A stretch of 64,000 nt of DNA from Lytechinus pictus (lineage: Eukaryota). Under the pieces are notes generated by a model. That model worked only from the letters and a program-made list of their open reading frames with translations, was not told the origin of the DNA and did not search any database. The stretch is taken from assembly GCF_037042905.1 (NCBI RefSeq), contig NC_087251.1, positions 3,970,001-4,034,000 on the forward strand. The letters are read 5' to 3'. Of the stretch, positions 1-12,478 are shown one piece after another. The translations under genes and the position numbers were made by a program. Positions within the stretch are counted from its first letter, which is position 1; each line of letters begins with the position of its first letter.

Positions 1-610
1 TGTAGTGACATATATGCTTCTTTTTCATGTCTCAAAAAGTGATTGCCCCATGTTAAGGTCTTCGTATATATGAAACATTTCCTGTCCGTGATACGTTCGC
101 ATTAGTGGATTGGTGAGATATGTCTGCTCTTCATGAATTCCCAAAATCAGTCCTTAAAATGTCCCTTCTTCTGATCTGAATATCAACAATTTTCAGCTCG
201 CACTTCGCGCTCGCATCACTTGGTTAATGAAATACGTATGGTCCTAGTTAATTCCTACAAAGAAACCTTAGAATGCCCCACTTCAGGTCTGAATTATCTA
301 AATTTTCAGCTCGCGCTTCGCGCTCGCATTGTTTAGCGAGACAGGTACCTATCATAATTACACAAATTTGATTATAATGTCCCTTTTTAGGTGTGAATAT
401 AAAAAATTTCAGCTCGCGCTTCGCGCTCGCATTATTTGATCAGTGAGATACATATCCGTTTAATGACATATTGTCCTTAAAATGTCTCTATTAGGTCAGT
501 ATGACTGGCAACTGAGCGCGCTTCGCGCGCTCACTAGCGCACTCACTCAGTGATTCAAAAATTTTGCTGGTGCCCCCCCCCCCAATGCCGTGACCCACGG
601 TACGCCACTG
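1..610. mobile_element. Right part of a non-autonomous TIR element with ~110-bp internal tandem repeats carrying CGCGCTTCGCGCTCGC
   Basis: Repeated motif at ~195, 310, 412, 520; terminus ...GTACGCCACTG at 610; left end outside the window. Confidence 0.6.
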
Positions 611-2162
611 TGGACATATCAATGACAATTCCTTGCATATCTAAAAACATGATTGCAAAAAAATGCCAAAATATTTCAGTCATCCCCCTCACCCATCAAC
701 ACGGATTTACGCCAGTGATAGTAGAGGATTTTTGCATTGTAAATGAGCTTGTATGGTGAGGACGAAAACCCGGACGAAAACACCTCTTTTTATTCGGCCA
801 TTGCTAGCTGCTCTAAATATTGACCAAATCTGGGCATTCTACTACCGTTTTTATCATGAAAATCAAAGCGAGCGCGAGCTTAAAATATTTGATATTCCGA
901 TGCCCAATTGCATGCAGGGGGGGGCAGTCAAATATTACTGTACACCATGGGCGGAAATCCCAGGGGGGACGCGTCCCCCCTACCATTTTGGAAAGGGGGG
1001 GGGGGACATAATATCAAATGTCCCCCCTACTATTTGTGGTCTTTTATTATGGAAAAAATATATAATTCAAAATCGAAATTATACACATGCATCCTCGAAT
1101 TTCGAAATATATATAAGCAGATAGTTTGGATAAGAAAAAAAAAGCATACCGGCCCGACTATTCTCGAACTTGCATCTAGCCATATTTGCCAACCAAAAGA
1201 GTGATGACATATGACATCGATGGCCATTTTCAATTTCATAAATAATACAAATGACGAAAAAAGAAAATCGCCTCTGCATACTTATTAGTAAATTTAGTGC
1301 ATAGATGGTAGACGAGAATGTTCCATACCCCGTAAAAACATTCCTTTTGTTAAACCAATTAATTTCCCTTTATTCCAAATTTACTTGGAATATAAGAATG
1401 TTTTCATTGTTCGCGTACTCAGTAAAAAGAATAGTTTTCATGAGTTATGATTAATCCTTCGCAGTGAATTTTAACTATGTTTAACCCCCAAAATTTGTTT
1501 TTAAATACTCTATTAACGAGACTTTTATATTCCATTTTTACACAAAATTCCTGCCGTGGGAGGGGTTATCATAGGTAGATCAAGGGGGCGAAGCGGCGAC
1601 CCGCCCCCTATTGGCGGCGCAAAATAGGAAGGTGAGGAGAAAAATAAGAAGAAAGATAGGACGTATGAGGAAGAAAATTAAATGATGGAAGGGGAGGGGA
1701 ATAATTGGAAAAAAGGAAAACTTTCAGGTCATAGCATAAAAATGTAAAATTCGCTCGCGCTTTGCATTAATACACAGCCATCTCTTTATTTCAAAACGTG
1801 CTTAATTTGTTTTTAACTTTTTAGATCGAAATATATAAAATCAAATCATTTATTTAGGGAGATATCCATCTTTTTCATAATTTGTAGGTTTAAATCTTTA
1901 AAAAAGATTAGCTCGCGCTTTGCGCTCGCATTGCTTATTGAGATAAACTGAATGTTTTTTGTTTCAAAAGTGCTTGAAAGATCCAGTTTTCAGATCTAAA
2001 TATAAAAAAATCATTTCGCGCTTCGCGCTCGCATCAATAATATGGTTGAGTCAGATACTATCCTGTTTATTGCTATAAGGTGAAAAGAAGATGACTTTTT
2101 TGGTCGGAAATTAAAAAAAATCAGGATACGCTTCGCGCTCACATTAATTAAAATTGAGTTAG

Positions 2163-4220
2163 ATAGTTGACGAACTGTGGTCACATTTCAAATCTTTGTT
2201 TACTACTGTAAGTGATAAACATGCACCTTTTATTTCTGTCAGAAGAAAAAGAAATGGAATACCTTGGATTACAAATGAATACATAAATTTGGCACGTGAC
2301 CGTGATTTCTTTAAGAAAAAGTTCAAAAAAACGAAAAGTTATTATTATTGGAAAAAATTTAAGTACTATCGAAACAGAGCAAATAATTTGAATAAATATC
2401 TTAAAAAAGAATATTACCGGAATAAGTTTTCAGAATGTGGAAATGATTTGAATAAAAATTGGAAAGTTCTCAAAGGGCTTTTACCATCAAAGAAACAGGA
2501 AATAAACAACACAATCCTGATTGATGAAGAAATGATATCTGACAAAGTAAAGGTGGCAGGTTTACTGAATGAAGCTTTTAATAAAGTAGGCTCAAACCTA
2601 CAAACAAGCTCAAGTTCCAACACAGTAGACGGTGCTTTTAACGATTTACACACGTTAACTCAAACTAATTATTCTTTTGAATTTCAAGAAATCAAATCTG
2701 AATTTGTCAAAAACGAACTACGCAATATTGATTGTAAAAAGGCTATAGGAATGGACGGTCTACATCCTAAGTTACTAAAAGTATCTGCTGATATAATTGC
2801 GGAACCACTTTCTAAATTGTTTAACTTATCACTAAAAACTTCTCAATTTCCATCTGATTTCAAAGTCGCAAAAATCACGCCAATTCACAAGGGTGGCTCG
2901 CTCAGTGTTGACAATTTCAGGCCCATTTCAATACTGCCCTCTATGTCAAAAATCCTTGAGAAAGCAGTACACAAACAATTGTATTCGTATCTTAACCAAA
3001 ATAGTTTATTATCGGAACGTCAATCTGGATTCAGACCACTCCATTCCACAGCCACGTGCCTTACAGAAATTACTGACTACCTGTTTGAAAATATGAATCA
3101 TGGTCAGATTACGGGAGCTATATTTTATGATCTAAAAAAGGCATTTGACGTAATTCCACACGAAATAATACTTGATAAACTAATTTTCTATGGTATGAAT
3201 AATAAGGTGCGTGAATGGTTTAAATCGTACTTGGTCGGAAGACAACAATGTGTTAATATAGATGATTATTGTAGTGAGTTTTTAACTATGAAATCAGGGG
3301 TGCCCCAGGGGTCAATCCTTGGCCCCTTGATCTTTTGTCTATATATTAACGATATTAACAACTTAAGAATTCATAAAAATTCCAAGATTTCACTCTATGC
3401 AGATGATACCGTTATTTTTAACAATTCTCATAACTTTTCTGAAGTTCAATTGAATTTACAAAATGACTTTGATTTAATATGCAAGTGGTTTGATATTAAT
3501 AAGATGTATATTCATCCACAGAAAACCATGGTCATGCCTTTCGGCACTAAAAGAAAGCTAGATAATCACCAATTCAAGATCAAATTATACGATAACTACT
3601 TGCAGTGTGTTGATAAAATGAAATATCTTGGGGTTATACTCGACTCGCAACTGACCTGGTCTGACCATGTAAGATATATATGTAATAAAATATCACGTAC
3701 AATTGGATGTATTCGCCGCATAAAGCAATTAATACCCCATAAAACTCTTGTAACCTTATATTTTGCTTTAATTTTACCACATATTGATTATTGCTGCACT
3801 GCATGGGGAAGTTGTTCAAAAACAAATCTTTCCAAACTACAAAAATTACAAAATAGATATGCAAGATTAATATTAAATAAGGATTATAACACACCGCAGT
3901 GTACACTTCTTACAACCCTAAATTGGCAATCCGTTGAACAAAGACTTAAATATCACTACTGTTTATTAGTATTTAAAATAATTAATGTAAAAGCCCCTAA
4001 CTATTTAAAATCTCTTATTACTTATCGCACCTTTAAATATTGTACCCGCTATGCACTAAATTCTCTCCTCGACATTCCATTCCCCAAAACTGAATTCAAA
4101 AAAAAGTCATTCTCTTATAAAGCAAGCTCCCTATTTAATAAACTCCCATTTTCAGTTCAATCCACAAATTCTATAAATTCTTTTAAACGAGGTTACCTAT
4201 TGGCCAAACATTTATTATAA
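2163..4220 (+). CDS. LINE ORF2 reverse transcriptase, N-terminally truncated (no endonuclease domain)
   Basis: Motifs FRPISIL, QSGFR, DLKKAFD, GVPQGSILGP, YADD, KYLGV, YCCTAWG; frame open from 2163. Confidence 0.9.
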   Translation: MVDELWSHFKSLFTTVSDKHAPFISVRRKRNGIPWITNEYINLARDRDFFKKKFKKTKSYYYWKKFKYYRNRANNLNKYLKKEYYRNKFSECGNDLNKNWKVLKGLLPSKKQEINNTILIDEEMISDKVKVAGLLNEAFNKVGSNLQTSSSSNTVDGAFNDLHTLTQTNYSFEFQEIKSEFVKNELRNIDCKKAIGMDGLHPKLLKVSADIIAEPLSKLFNLSLKTSQFPSDFKVAKITPIHKGGSLSVDNFRPISILPSMSKILEKAVHKQLYSYLNQNSLLSERQSGFRPLHSTATCLTEITDYLFENMNHGQITGAIFYDLKKAFDVIPHEIILDKLIFYGMNNKVREWFKSYLVGRQQCVNIDDYCSEFLTMKSGVPQGSILGPLIFCLYINDINNLRIHKNSKISLYADDTVIFNNSHNFSEVQLNLQNDFDLICKWFDINKMYIHPQKTMVMPFGTKRKLDNHQFKIKLYDNYLQCVDKMKYLGVILDSQLTWSDHVRYICNKISRTIGCIRRIKQLIPHKTLVTLYFALILPHIDYCCTAWGSCSKTNLSKLQKLQNRYARLILNKDYNTPQCTLLTTLNWQSVEQRLKYHYCLLVFKIINVKAPNYLKSLITYRTFKYCTRYALNSLLDIPFPKTEFKKKSFSYKASSLFNKLPFSVQSTNSINSFKRGYLLAKHLL

Positions 4221-4477
4221 CAAAGTATCTTCTAGTATTCTTTCCTTTTTGTTTATTTGTTTTCTTTTTTATGTTTATTTTATAGATTATAACTTTTTAT
4301 ATTGATTTTCACTTGTATTTATATATATTATCATGTTTATGTTCTATTTTATGTTTGTAAAGGGGGAGGGCTTCGTTGTAAAGCAGTTTTATAACTGAAC
4401 CGAACTACCCTCCACCTTATTTTATCATTTGTTATAAATAAAACATGAATAAATAAATAAATAATAAATAATAAATA
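2163..4477 (+). mobile_element. 5'-truncated CR1/L2-group (Crack/L2-like) LINE
   Basis: RT ORF, 3' UTR stem-loop (GGAGGG..CCCTCC enclosing CAGTT..AACTG, 4365-4413), (AAAT)n tail; splits a repeat unit of the host MITE. Confidence 0.9.
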
Positions 4478-5853
4478 GCTACCCTGTTCATGATTTGAAA
4501 ACGTGTTACGATTGTCCAGTTTTTAGGTTGGAAAATACAAACTTTCAGCTCGCGCGTCGTGCCCGCATTAATTGTTTAGATTCCTATCCTGTTCATATTT
4601 TTTTTTCAAAGTACTAAGAATGTTTAATATTTAGGTTGGAAATCAAAAACTTTCAGCTCGCGCTTCACGCTCGCATTAATTGTTTAGATTCCTATCCTGT
4701 TCATATTCTTCTTAAAGTGCTATGAATGTCCAGTATTTAGGTTGGAAAATCAAAAACTTTCAGCTCGCGCTCGTAGCTATTATTAGTTGAATTCCTATGA
4801 TGTTCATGATTTGAAAAAGTGTTACGAATGTCCAGTTTCTAAGTAATTCATATCGTGTTCATGATTTGAAAAAGTGTTACAAATGTCTAGTTTTTAAGTT
4901 GGAAAATCAAAAACTTTCAGGTCGCGCTTCGCGCTCGCATTAATGGTTTAGATAGGTTCGAATCTAGTTCATGATCACAAAATGTTCAGAATGTTCAATT
5001 TTCAGGTCACAATTTATGAAATATAAACATATTTGTGCTAGCGCTTCGCGCTCGCATTATTTATTGAGGCCTTTCATCTTTAGTTAGGAATACCTCCCCT
5101 CTTCGAAATATGTATATATATATATGTATGTGTGGGTGTGTTTAAGCTAGTAATTCTGTAGAACATAAAAACGGAAAACTCAATTGTGTCCCCCCTACCT
5201 TCAAGGAGAGATTTCCGCCCATGCTGTACACATGTACTCGGTAACTACAAAAACACCGATTTTCAAGAAAAGGGGTGGTTTTGAAAGACTGGTCAATCAC
5301 ACGTATTTTTAGGGTATATGTATTTTTTCCCCCAAAGCTTTCTTTTTTCTTTAAGACTAGCCAGCAAACGTGTTTAGGATATGTTTTTTCACAAGCTTTC
5401 CCCGCGGGCATATTAATTCTGGCGACAACTTGTTAAATGTGTAAGCCCTAAACTTGTTTAGTGATTTATAATTTGCACACGTACAGAAAAAAAATCGTTT
5501 ATATAGGGGGTCAAGTTTGGAAATAATTTGCAATTATGGTCACGCGTGTGTATATACGTACAGCAATACATTTTGACTATACTGTAAAAAAAAAATCTGA
5601 ATCAGTAGTTAATACTTAATGTATAAGTAGAATTTATAACTTATAATTATTTTTCGTTTTTTAAGTAGTTTTAACTTGTCTTTTAATTTACTTGATTTAT
5701 GGGTTCAATGTACATTTAAGAAAATTCACGTATTGCTAGCTTGCTTTGATTGAGTAGATCTAACTCAATATAGGCAAAGATGATTATTACTTATAAAATC
5801 TTGTTGAATGTAGGGCCTATATACTTATATTTTTCAATAAACGCCTTATTTAA

Positions 5854-6789
5854 GGACGTTCCACAGTTATGTTTGTGCGCATTGTGATCTGCGCATAGTT
5901 TACACTCTGCGCGCTGACGTCACAATGGATGAACAGGTGATTAATTAGCTGCGGGTATGTGCTGATTTTTCTCATCTTCTGCACTTTAACTGCAGATCCG
6001 ATGCGTTATTTCATGAAGCTAAAAAATTGAATTATTCCATGGACCATTCAAAAAAAGATTCTCTACAATTTCAAAATACTTTACTCTGCAGTGCTGCCAA
6101 GAATCACGAATATTACCCCGAGTTTGAATAAATGGTAGAGTGGTTTTGATTTTTTCTTCACATAGATACAAAGCATTCGGCGCATTTTTGGTGTTTTAAA
6201 AAGCACATTTGCTCTAATAAAAATACTGATAGTTTAAAAACAAGCACATGAACCCCTATATTTTAATGTTTGTTCCTCTTAGGTATACCTTCCTCTACAA
6301 CTCTACAAATTTTGGTGAAAATGACATGGATTTTGAATAAAGTGCAGCATTTATTGTACTTTTGTAGTTTGTTACTGAAATTTCACATTTTTTAGATTGG
6401 GGTTTTGTTATCTTTTACGCCATTTTTAAGAACTGACAGTGCTGTTAAACTTAAAATTGCAAACAAATAGCACTATAAATATATTCTCCATTCTAACGAT
6501 ACAATTATTAACTCTCTTGCGAAATTTGATGACCTTTTCATGTATTTTGACTGAGTAATAGAGGTTTAAACTCATTGTAGTAATCTTGGGCGGTCTAAAA
6601 ATGCCAAATTATTTTGAATGCGCAATTCTTAAGAACATCAATTTGGGTGAACTTTGAAGTTCTATAGCAAAAAATCAAGCACATGGACCTATGTTAATTT
6701 TTGCATATTTCGAATATTAAGGTTCTAAAGTATCTATGTGCAAAGTTTGGTGAAAATGACATGGATTTCACTTTAACTGTGGAACGTCC
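5854..6789 (+). mobile_element. Kolobok-like MITE, copy 1
   Basis: 16-bp TIR GGACGTTCCACAGTTA, TTAA on both sides, purine-purine termini; inverted homolog at 59692-60581. Confidence 0.85.
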
Positions 6790-7722
6790 TTAAATAATGC
6801 ATGAATTCATTAAAGCAAGTAAACTGGGATTTTTTAAAATAACTGTCATATCTATTTGTGTTTGATTTTTTTTTCGGATAAGGGTGTGCTAACTATTTCA
6901 TTCTTTTGTTGAATCAAAGAAAGAGCAACATTAAATATTTATTTAGCAGAAAATTTCAGATTCTTTTTAGCTTTTCGGAAAATGCTAATATTCTCACTGT
7001 TTTATTTGTATCAATGTCAGTACCTATCTACATGTACAGGTAAGTGATGATGCACAAAGTCTAATATTTGGATAAAAGATGTCTAAGATTGAAAATGATG
7101 CCACTAAAAGTGGGACGATATGGGGAGCGGACTTTCGAATAACGAAAGTCCACTCCCCCATTTGATTTTTTTCAAATATTTTAGTGATTGTTTTAAATTG
7201 AATTAAGTTATTGTAACTTAATTTTCTTGAGTAAAATGGATGCAAAGAAAATAAGTAAATTTTACTTAAAACTGCCAAATTCATAAATACTTGAAAAAGT
7301 TAAGGCAATTTGTTGACACAATTTTATTGAGTATAATTTCAACTAAGTTTTTTTACAGTGTACCCCCCCCCCCCCCCGGTAAGCTTTGTATATGACAAGC
7401 ACTTTGTAGGAAAATTGTGAGGTACGTGGATATGGATCACAGTTAAAAAGGAGCATATTATATGTTTCATTATTATTACTTTGAATTTTGACATAGGACC
7501 GGGACATTCTAAGAATGTCATATATGAAAATGATGAATATCTTCCAATTTCTCTCGTCCTAAGCGCGAGATGAAACTTGTCGATATTCCATTCTGAACAA
7601 AGGACAATTAATATCTTATTTTACTAATAAGCCTAATGAGAGCGCAAAATCTGTTAATATTATTGCCTGAAAACTGGACATTTAAAGCAATTTTGTAATT
7701 ATGAATAAGATGCATGATAAAA

Positions 7723-9459
7723 TAAACCCCTCAAGAACAGTTTGGAAATCTGACTTTGGCCATTAATTTCTCACAACTCCCAATTTTACACAATGCATAT
7801 ATTTCATCATTGAAAAGATCATTTAATTGTCTTTAAAATGATACCATGCTTGTTATGATCATGCCATTAGGAAAAGAGCAGGATTCAAAAGTGTTGGATG
7901 AGGTCTGAATTGAAAAGCTGCAAAACGAGCAAAAAAGTTTGGAAATCTGACTTTGGCCATTAATTTCTCACAACTCCCAATTTTACACAATGCATATTTT
8001 ACATCATTCAAAAGATCATTTAATTCTCTTTGAATTGATACCATGCTTGTTAAGATCATGCCATCACGAAAAGAGCAGGATTCAAAAGTGTTGGATGAGG
8101 TCTGAACTGAAAAGCTGCAAAACGAGCAGAAATAGTCATGATTAAAGGGGAATCCAACCCTAATAAAAACTTGTTATTATATGGAAAAGAAAAATCAGAC
8201 AAGTTGATAGGTGAAAGTTTGAACAATATTGGACAAACAACAAGAAAGTTATGGATTTTTTAAAGTTGTAAATATTGGTAATCACTATACCCATGGAGAC
8301 TTCAAATTGGTCGCATATGGGATGTCATAGTGATGTAAGGCAAGGACTACTCTTCCATGTACTCCAATACATATTATGGCTAAATTGTCATTTTTCCAAA
8401 AAGTTTTATTTCAAATGAGATTTTTCTTTCATGAGGACATAAAACAATATACTACCTGGGTTATATTTAGATTACTGCCCCAGGGGAATGGGTACTTAGG
8501 AGAAAACCACAAATCCCTGATAATAAAGTACATGGCCTATGGGAAAGTTGTCCTTGCCCCTTGTCATAATTTACTTACTCAGTTGCAAATTTGAAATCTA
8601 CATAGTATTAGTGATCTCAAATTTAAAGCAGCTATAACTTTCTTATTGCTTGTCCGATTTATTTCAAACTTTCACCATTCTGTTTAATTAATTTTTCTCC
8701 TTCCCAACACAAAATTTTATGGCCAAGGCTGGATTCTCCTTTAAGGGTCAATATACAGAACATGATTCTTTTTTCTGTGTCAATAGAGATGAAAATCCCT
8801 TCAAATCAAGCCCCTGCTTCTGTAGTGATGGTTTGAGTCGTGGTTTGAAATACCCATGCATGTTTGTTTGTTTGTTATGTGTTTGCTTGTGCAGAGGTGT
8901 GTTTGATTCCATGTTAATGTTGATGTTAAGGTGCATGAGAATAATTAAAGGAAACCGCTGAGAAATTCACTCATCACCACTGAAAAAAGAACAGTAACAT
9001 TCAATAATGTGTCATTTTGCAACTTTTGAATTATGAACTTGCCCCACATTTCAAGGCACCGCACCTCCATGTGAACGATAATCACATCATGTAGGGTATC
9101 ATTTTAAAGAAAATTGAATGATCTGTTAATTAATATTAATAACACATTGATATTTACTAAAACCAATGTGGAATTATCGATCAAAGTAAAAAGAAACCAC
9201 TGAGAAACTCACTCATTACCACGGAAAAAAGAACAGTGACTTTCAATATTGTGTCATTTTGCAACTTTTGAATTTTGACCTTGCCCCACATTTCAAGGCA
9301 CTACACCTCCATGTGAACCATAATCATATCATGTAGGGTATCATTTTAAAGAAAATTAAATGCTCTATTCATTAATATTAATTACACATTGATATTTACT
9401 AAAATCGAGGAGGGATTATCGATCAAAATCAGATTTCCAAACTTTTTTTGAGGAGTTTA
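7723..9459. mobile_element. Non-autonomous TIR element (possibly Tc1/mariner-like) with ~200-240-bp internal tandem duplications
   Basis: ~30-bp imperfect TIR TAAACYCCTCAARAAMAGTTTGGAAATCTGA at both ends; interrupted by the 8146-8740 MITE. Confidence 0.65.
8146..8740. mobile_element. Kolobok-like MITE nested in the previous element
   Basis: TIR AGGGGAATCCAACC / GGCTGGATTCTCCT, TTAA TSD. Confidence 0.8.
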
Positions 9460-10240
9460 TATTTTCAATAATCAATCAAATTTTTGATAAACTCATGAAC
9501 TGGGGATTTTAAGTAGTTTAATAGAATTAATATTGAGATATACATAACGCACCAATCGAAATGCGAGCGTACTGAGCGCTAGCTGCTACGTATATCATTT
9601 TTGAGAACTTTATGAAATACAGGAATATAAATGACAAATTTTGCGAGCGCGCAGAGCTAGCAGAAAATGTTAATATTCAGATCAAATTGCGATTTTGAGT
9701 TAGTTTTTCTGGCTTGTAATGCCGTCTATTAAAAAAAGAAAGTTCATAACTTAAATATCCAACTTTTCTTCTTTCATATGAGACATCATGCGTGAGATAT
9801 AGCTTATGATTGACGCATATAAAACAGTAATTTTTACAGAGCTCTTTTTAAAAATCAATTTGGAAATCAAACAAAAATTATAATGAAAGTTCGATTTCTG
9901 AGTTGATGTGTTTTGTACATTGACTTTAAAATTTGATATTTTAAGCTCCATATTGAGAAAGATTTGTAAATCACTTATAAAAGGCAATGCGAGCGCGAAG
10001 CGCGAGCGAACATTTTATAGTGACATATTTTTTTTGTCAATATTCCAAGTCTTCCCCTCATCTTATTTTATTATTTTCTCTTCCTCCTCTTATGTTTCCC
10101 CTTCTTTTTTCTCCTCTTTACCTTTTTTTTTTTTTTAAATCTTATAATTTCTCCCCTTTTTTTGCTCCGCCAATAGGGGGGGGGGGGGGCCTCGGGATCC
10201 GCCTATATTATCTGGTGATCAGGAAATGAAGAGTAAAACT

Positions 10241-11320
10241 AACAAGTGGAGCGCCTCTGGCAGTCTCACCTGCATCACGCGATTCAATATAGCAGCCGTG
10301 CTGACTATACTATAACATAATTATTCACAAAAACATGATACAATACTATGTTCAATGACAATAAATGACAGTTGGCCTTGATCATGCGACGTATACCTGT
10401 CAGTGATACTTGATTACTCTATCCACATTTCATAAACTATATCTATAAACTTTGAAAGTTATGACAGCAATCTAATAATTACTTCCAAAATGGCCAAAGT
10501 TCATTGACTTTAAATGACCTTTGACTTAATTGGGTCATGTGACCTGAAACTCGCATGAGATGTTCAGTGATACTTGATTACTCTTATGTCCAAGTTTTAG
10601 TTTTATGAACTAGATCCAAACACTATCGGAGTTATGATGGTTAATTTAAACAGTTCCCCCCAACATGGCCAAGTTCATTGACCTTTGACCTTGGTCATGT
10701 GATTACCCTTATGTCTAGGTTTTATGAACTAGACCAATACACTTTCAGAATTATGATGGTAATTCAACAAATACCCCCAACATGGCCAAAGTTCATTGAC
10801 CTTTAACCTTAGTCATGTGACCTGAAACTCGCACAGGATGTTCAGTGATACTTGATTACTTTTATGTCCAAGTTTTAGAATCAGATCCATATACTTTTGA
10901 AGTTATGATGGTAATTCAACAAATACCCCCAACTTGGTCAAAGTTCATTGACCTTAAATGACCTTGATCATGTGACCTGAAACTCGCACATGATGTTCAG
11001 TGATACTTGATTACTCTTATTATGTCCAAGTTTCATGAACTAGGTCCATATATTTTAAGTTATGATGAAATTTCAAAAACTTAACCTTAGGTTAAGATTT
11101 TGATGTTGATTCCCCCAACATGTTAAGTTCATTGACCCTAAATGACCTTTGACCTTGGTCATTAATCTTATGTCCAAGTTTCATGAACTAGGTCCATATA
11201 CTTTCTAAGTTATGCTGTCATTTAAAAAACTTAACCTTGGGTTAAGATTTGATGTTGACGCCGCCGCCGCCGTCGGAAAAGCGGCGCCTATAGTCTCACT
11301 CTGCTATGCAGGTGAGACAA
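10241..11320 (-). mobile_element. Helentron-associated (HINE/DINE/Pearl-like) element, copy 1
   Basis: Subterminal inverted repeats GTCTCACCTGCAT / ATGCAGGTGAGAC, terminal stem-loop, (GCC)n microsatellite, tandem core repeats rich in TGACCT. Confidence 0.75.
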
Positions 11321-12136
11321 TAAAACTAGAAAAGAATATATATTTTGAGCATTAAGGGCTAGGTAAATGTTTTTGTTTTATGAAACGGCATGATCAGTCT
11401 CCCGACTAAAATCGGAATTCCGATTTTTATAATGTTTTTTGTATATATATATTTTTATAATTATTTTTTCAATTAAAAAAAAATATATCATTACATTTTT
11501 AAAATAAAAATTCACACAGTTCTAGGAGGGGTGGGGGTGTTTTCATTTTCAAACTATTAGCACTTTTGTTGAATCAAAGTGTTAAAAATATAATGAAATC
11601 CAAGTCATATTCATTATTTTTTTTACTTTCCAAGATTGACTTTTAAAAATAGGAATCCATTTCACTTGCAACTGCTGATCAGCTTATTAGTAGAATGCAG
11701 ACAACAGAAATACCAGCTAAGTGATCAATCAGCTCATTGTGAAGACATTGTGAAGTGTACGCATAAAACATCCACAGATCAGAATTTGCAGTGCCAATAA
11801 CAACAATTGAAAATGTCATCAAAATGTAGATGAAAAAGTTAAATTTAAATCTAAGCTTTATAATTTTCCTGGGTATACAATTCTATGCATATAGGCCGCA
11901 TCATTAATATGCAGTAAATTAGCTGAAATCATATCTCTACTCTTTTTTTTCTTTGCATTTTGATATATTGAATTACTGTTATTCATTATCAGGTCCAATA
12001 AATAAATGCATGTAGGACCAAGTGCTTATTAAATGTGTATGGTACCTGTAATCACTCTTGCTAATTAATTTTTACAAGATGTCATTTCGATGTATTGTGA
12101 AAAATGAAATAATTATCTTGTATAACACAGTTTCTA

Positions 12137-12478
12137 AGCAAGGCATAAGCAATGTTATGTCTTGCCCAGTAACCAGAAATATCATGATTTGCGAGGGCAC
12201 GCAACAGAATTGAATCAAAAGTTCGTTGTAGAATAACTGGGATGGAATAACATTTGTTATAAGAGTCTTGCACATAAACTTTAATTTTGACCTGAAAATG
12301 ACCTATGAACTTAACCATGTGACCTCTGAACACAATAACATGCAGGTCTCTAAGTACAGCTACAACCCGAGTTTGGTTCAAAAGTTTGGTTGCGGCGTTA
12401 TGTGCCATAATGTTTGTGACGGACGGATGACATTTGGATCCCTTAGTCTCGCATTCACCTCTGGTGGGCAAGACAAAA
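12137..12478 (-). mobile_element. Short HINE-like element of a different family
   Basis: Subterminal IR GTCTTGCCCA (12159-12168) / TGGGCAAGAC (12465-12474), end hairpins, GACG repeats. Confidence 0.6.

Larger units (their letters stand above)
946..5223. mobile_element. hAT-like non-autonomous element (about 2 kb native length) interrupted by a LINE
   Basis: 14-bp TIR CATGGGCGGAAATC / GATTTCCGCCCATG; 8-bp TSD CTGTACAC (938-945, 5224-5231); internal tandem repeats. Confidence 0.85.
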
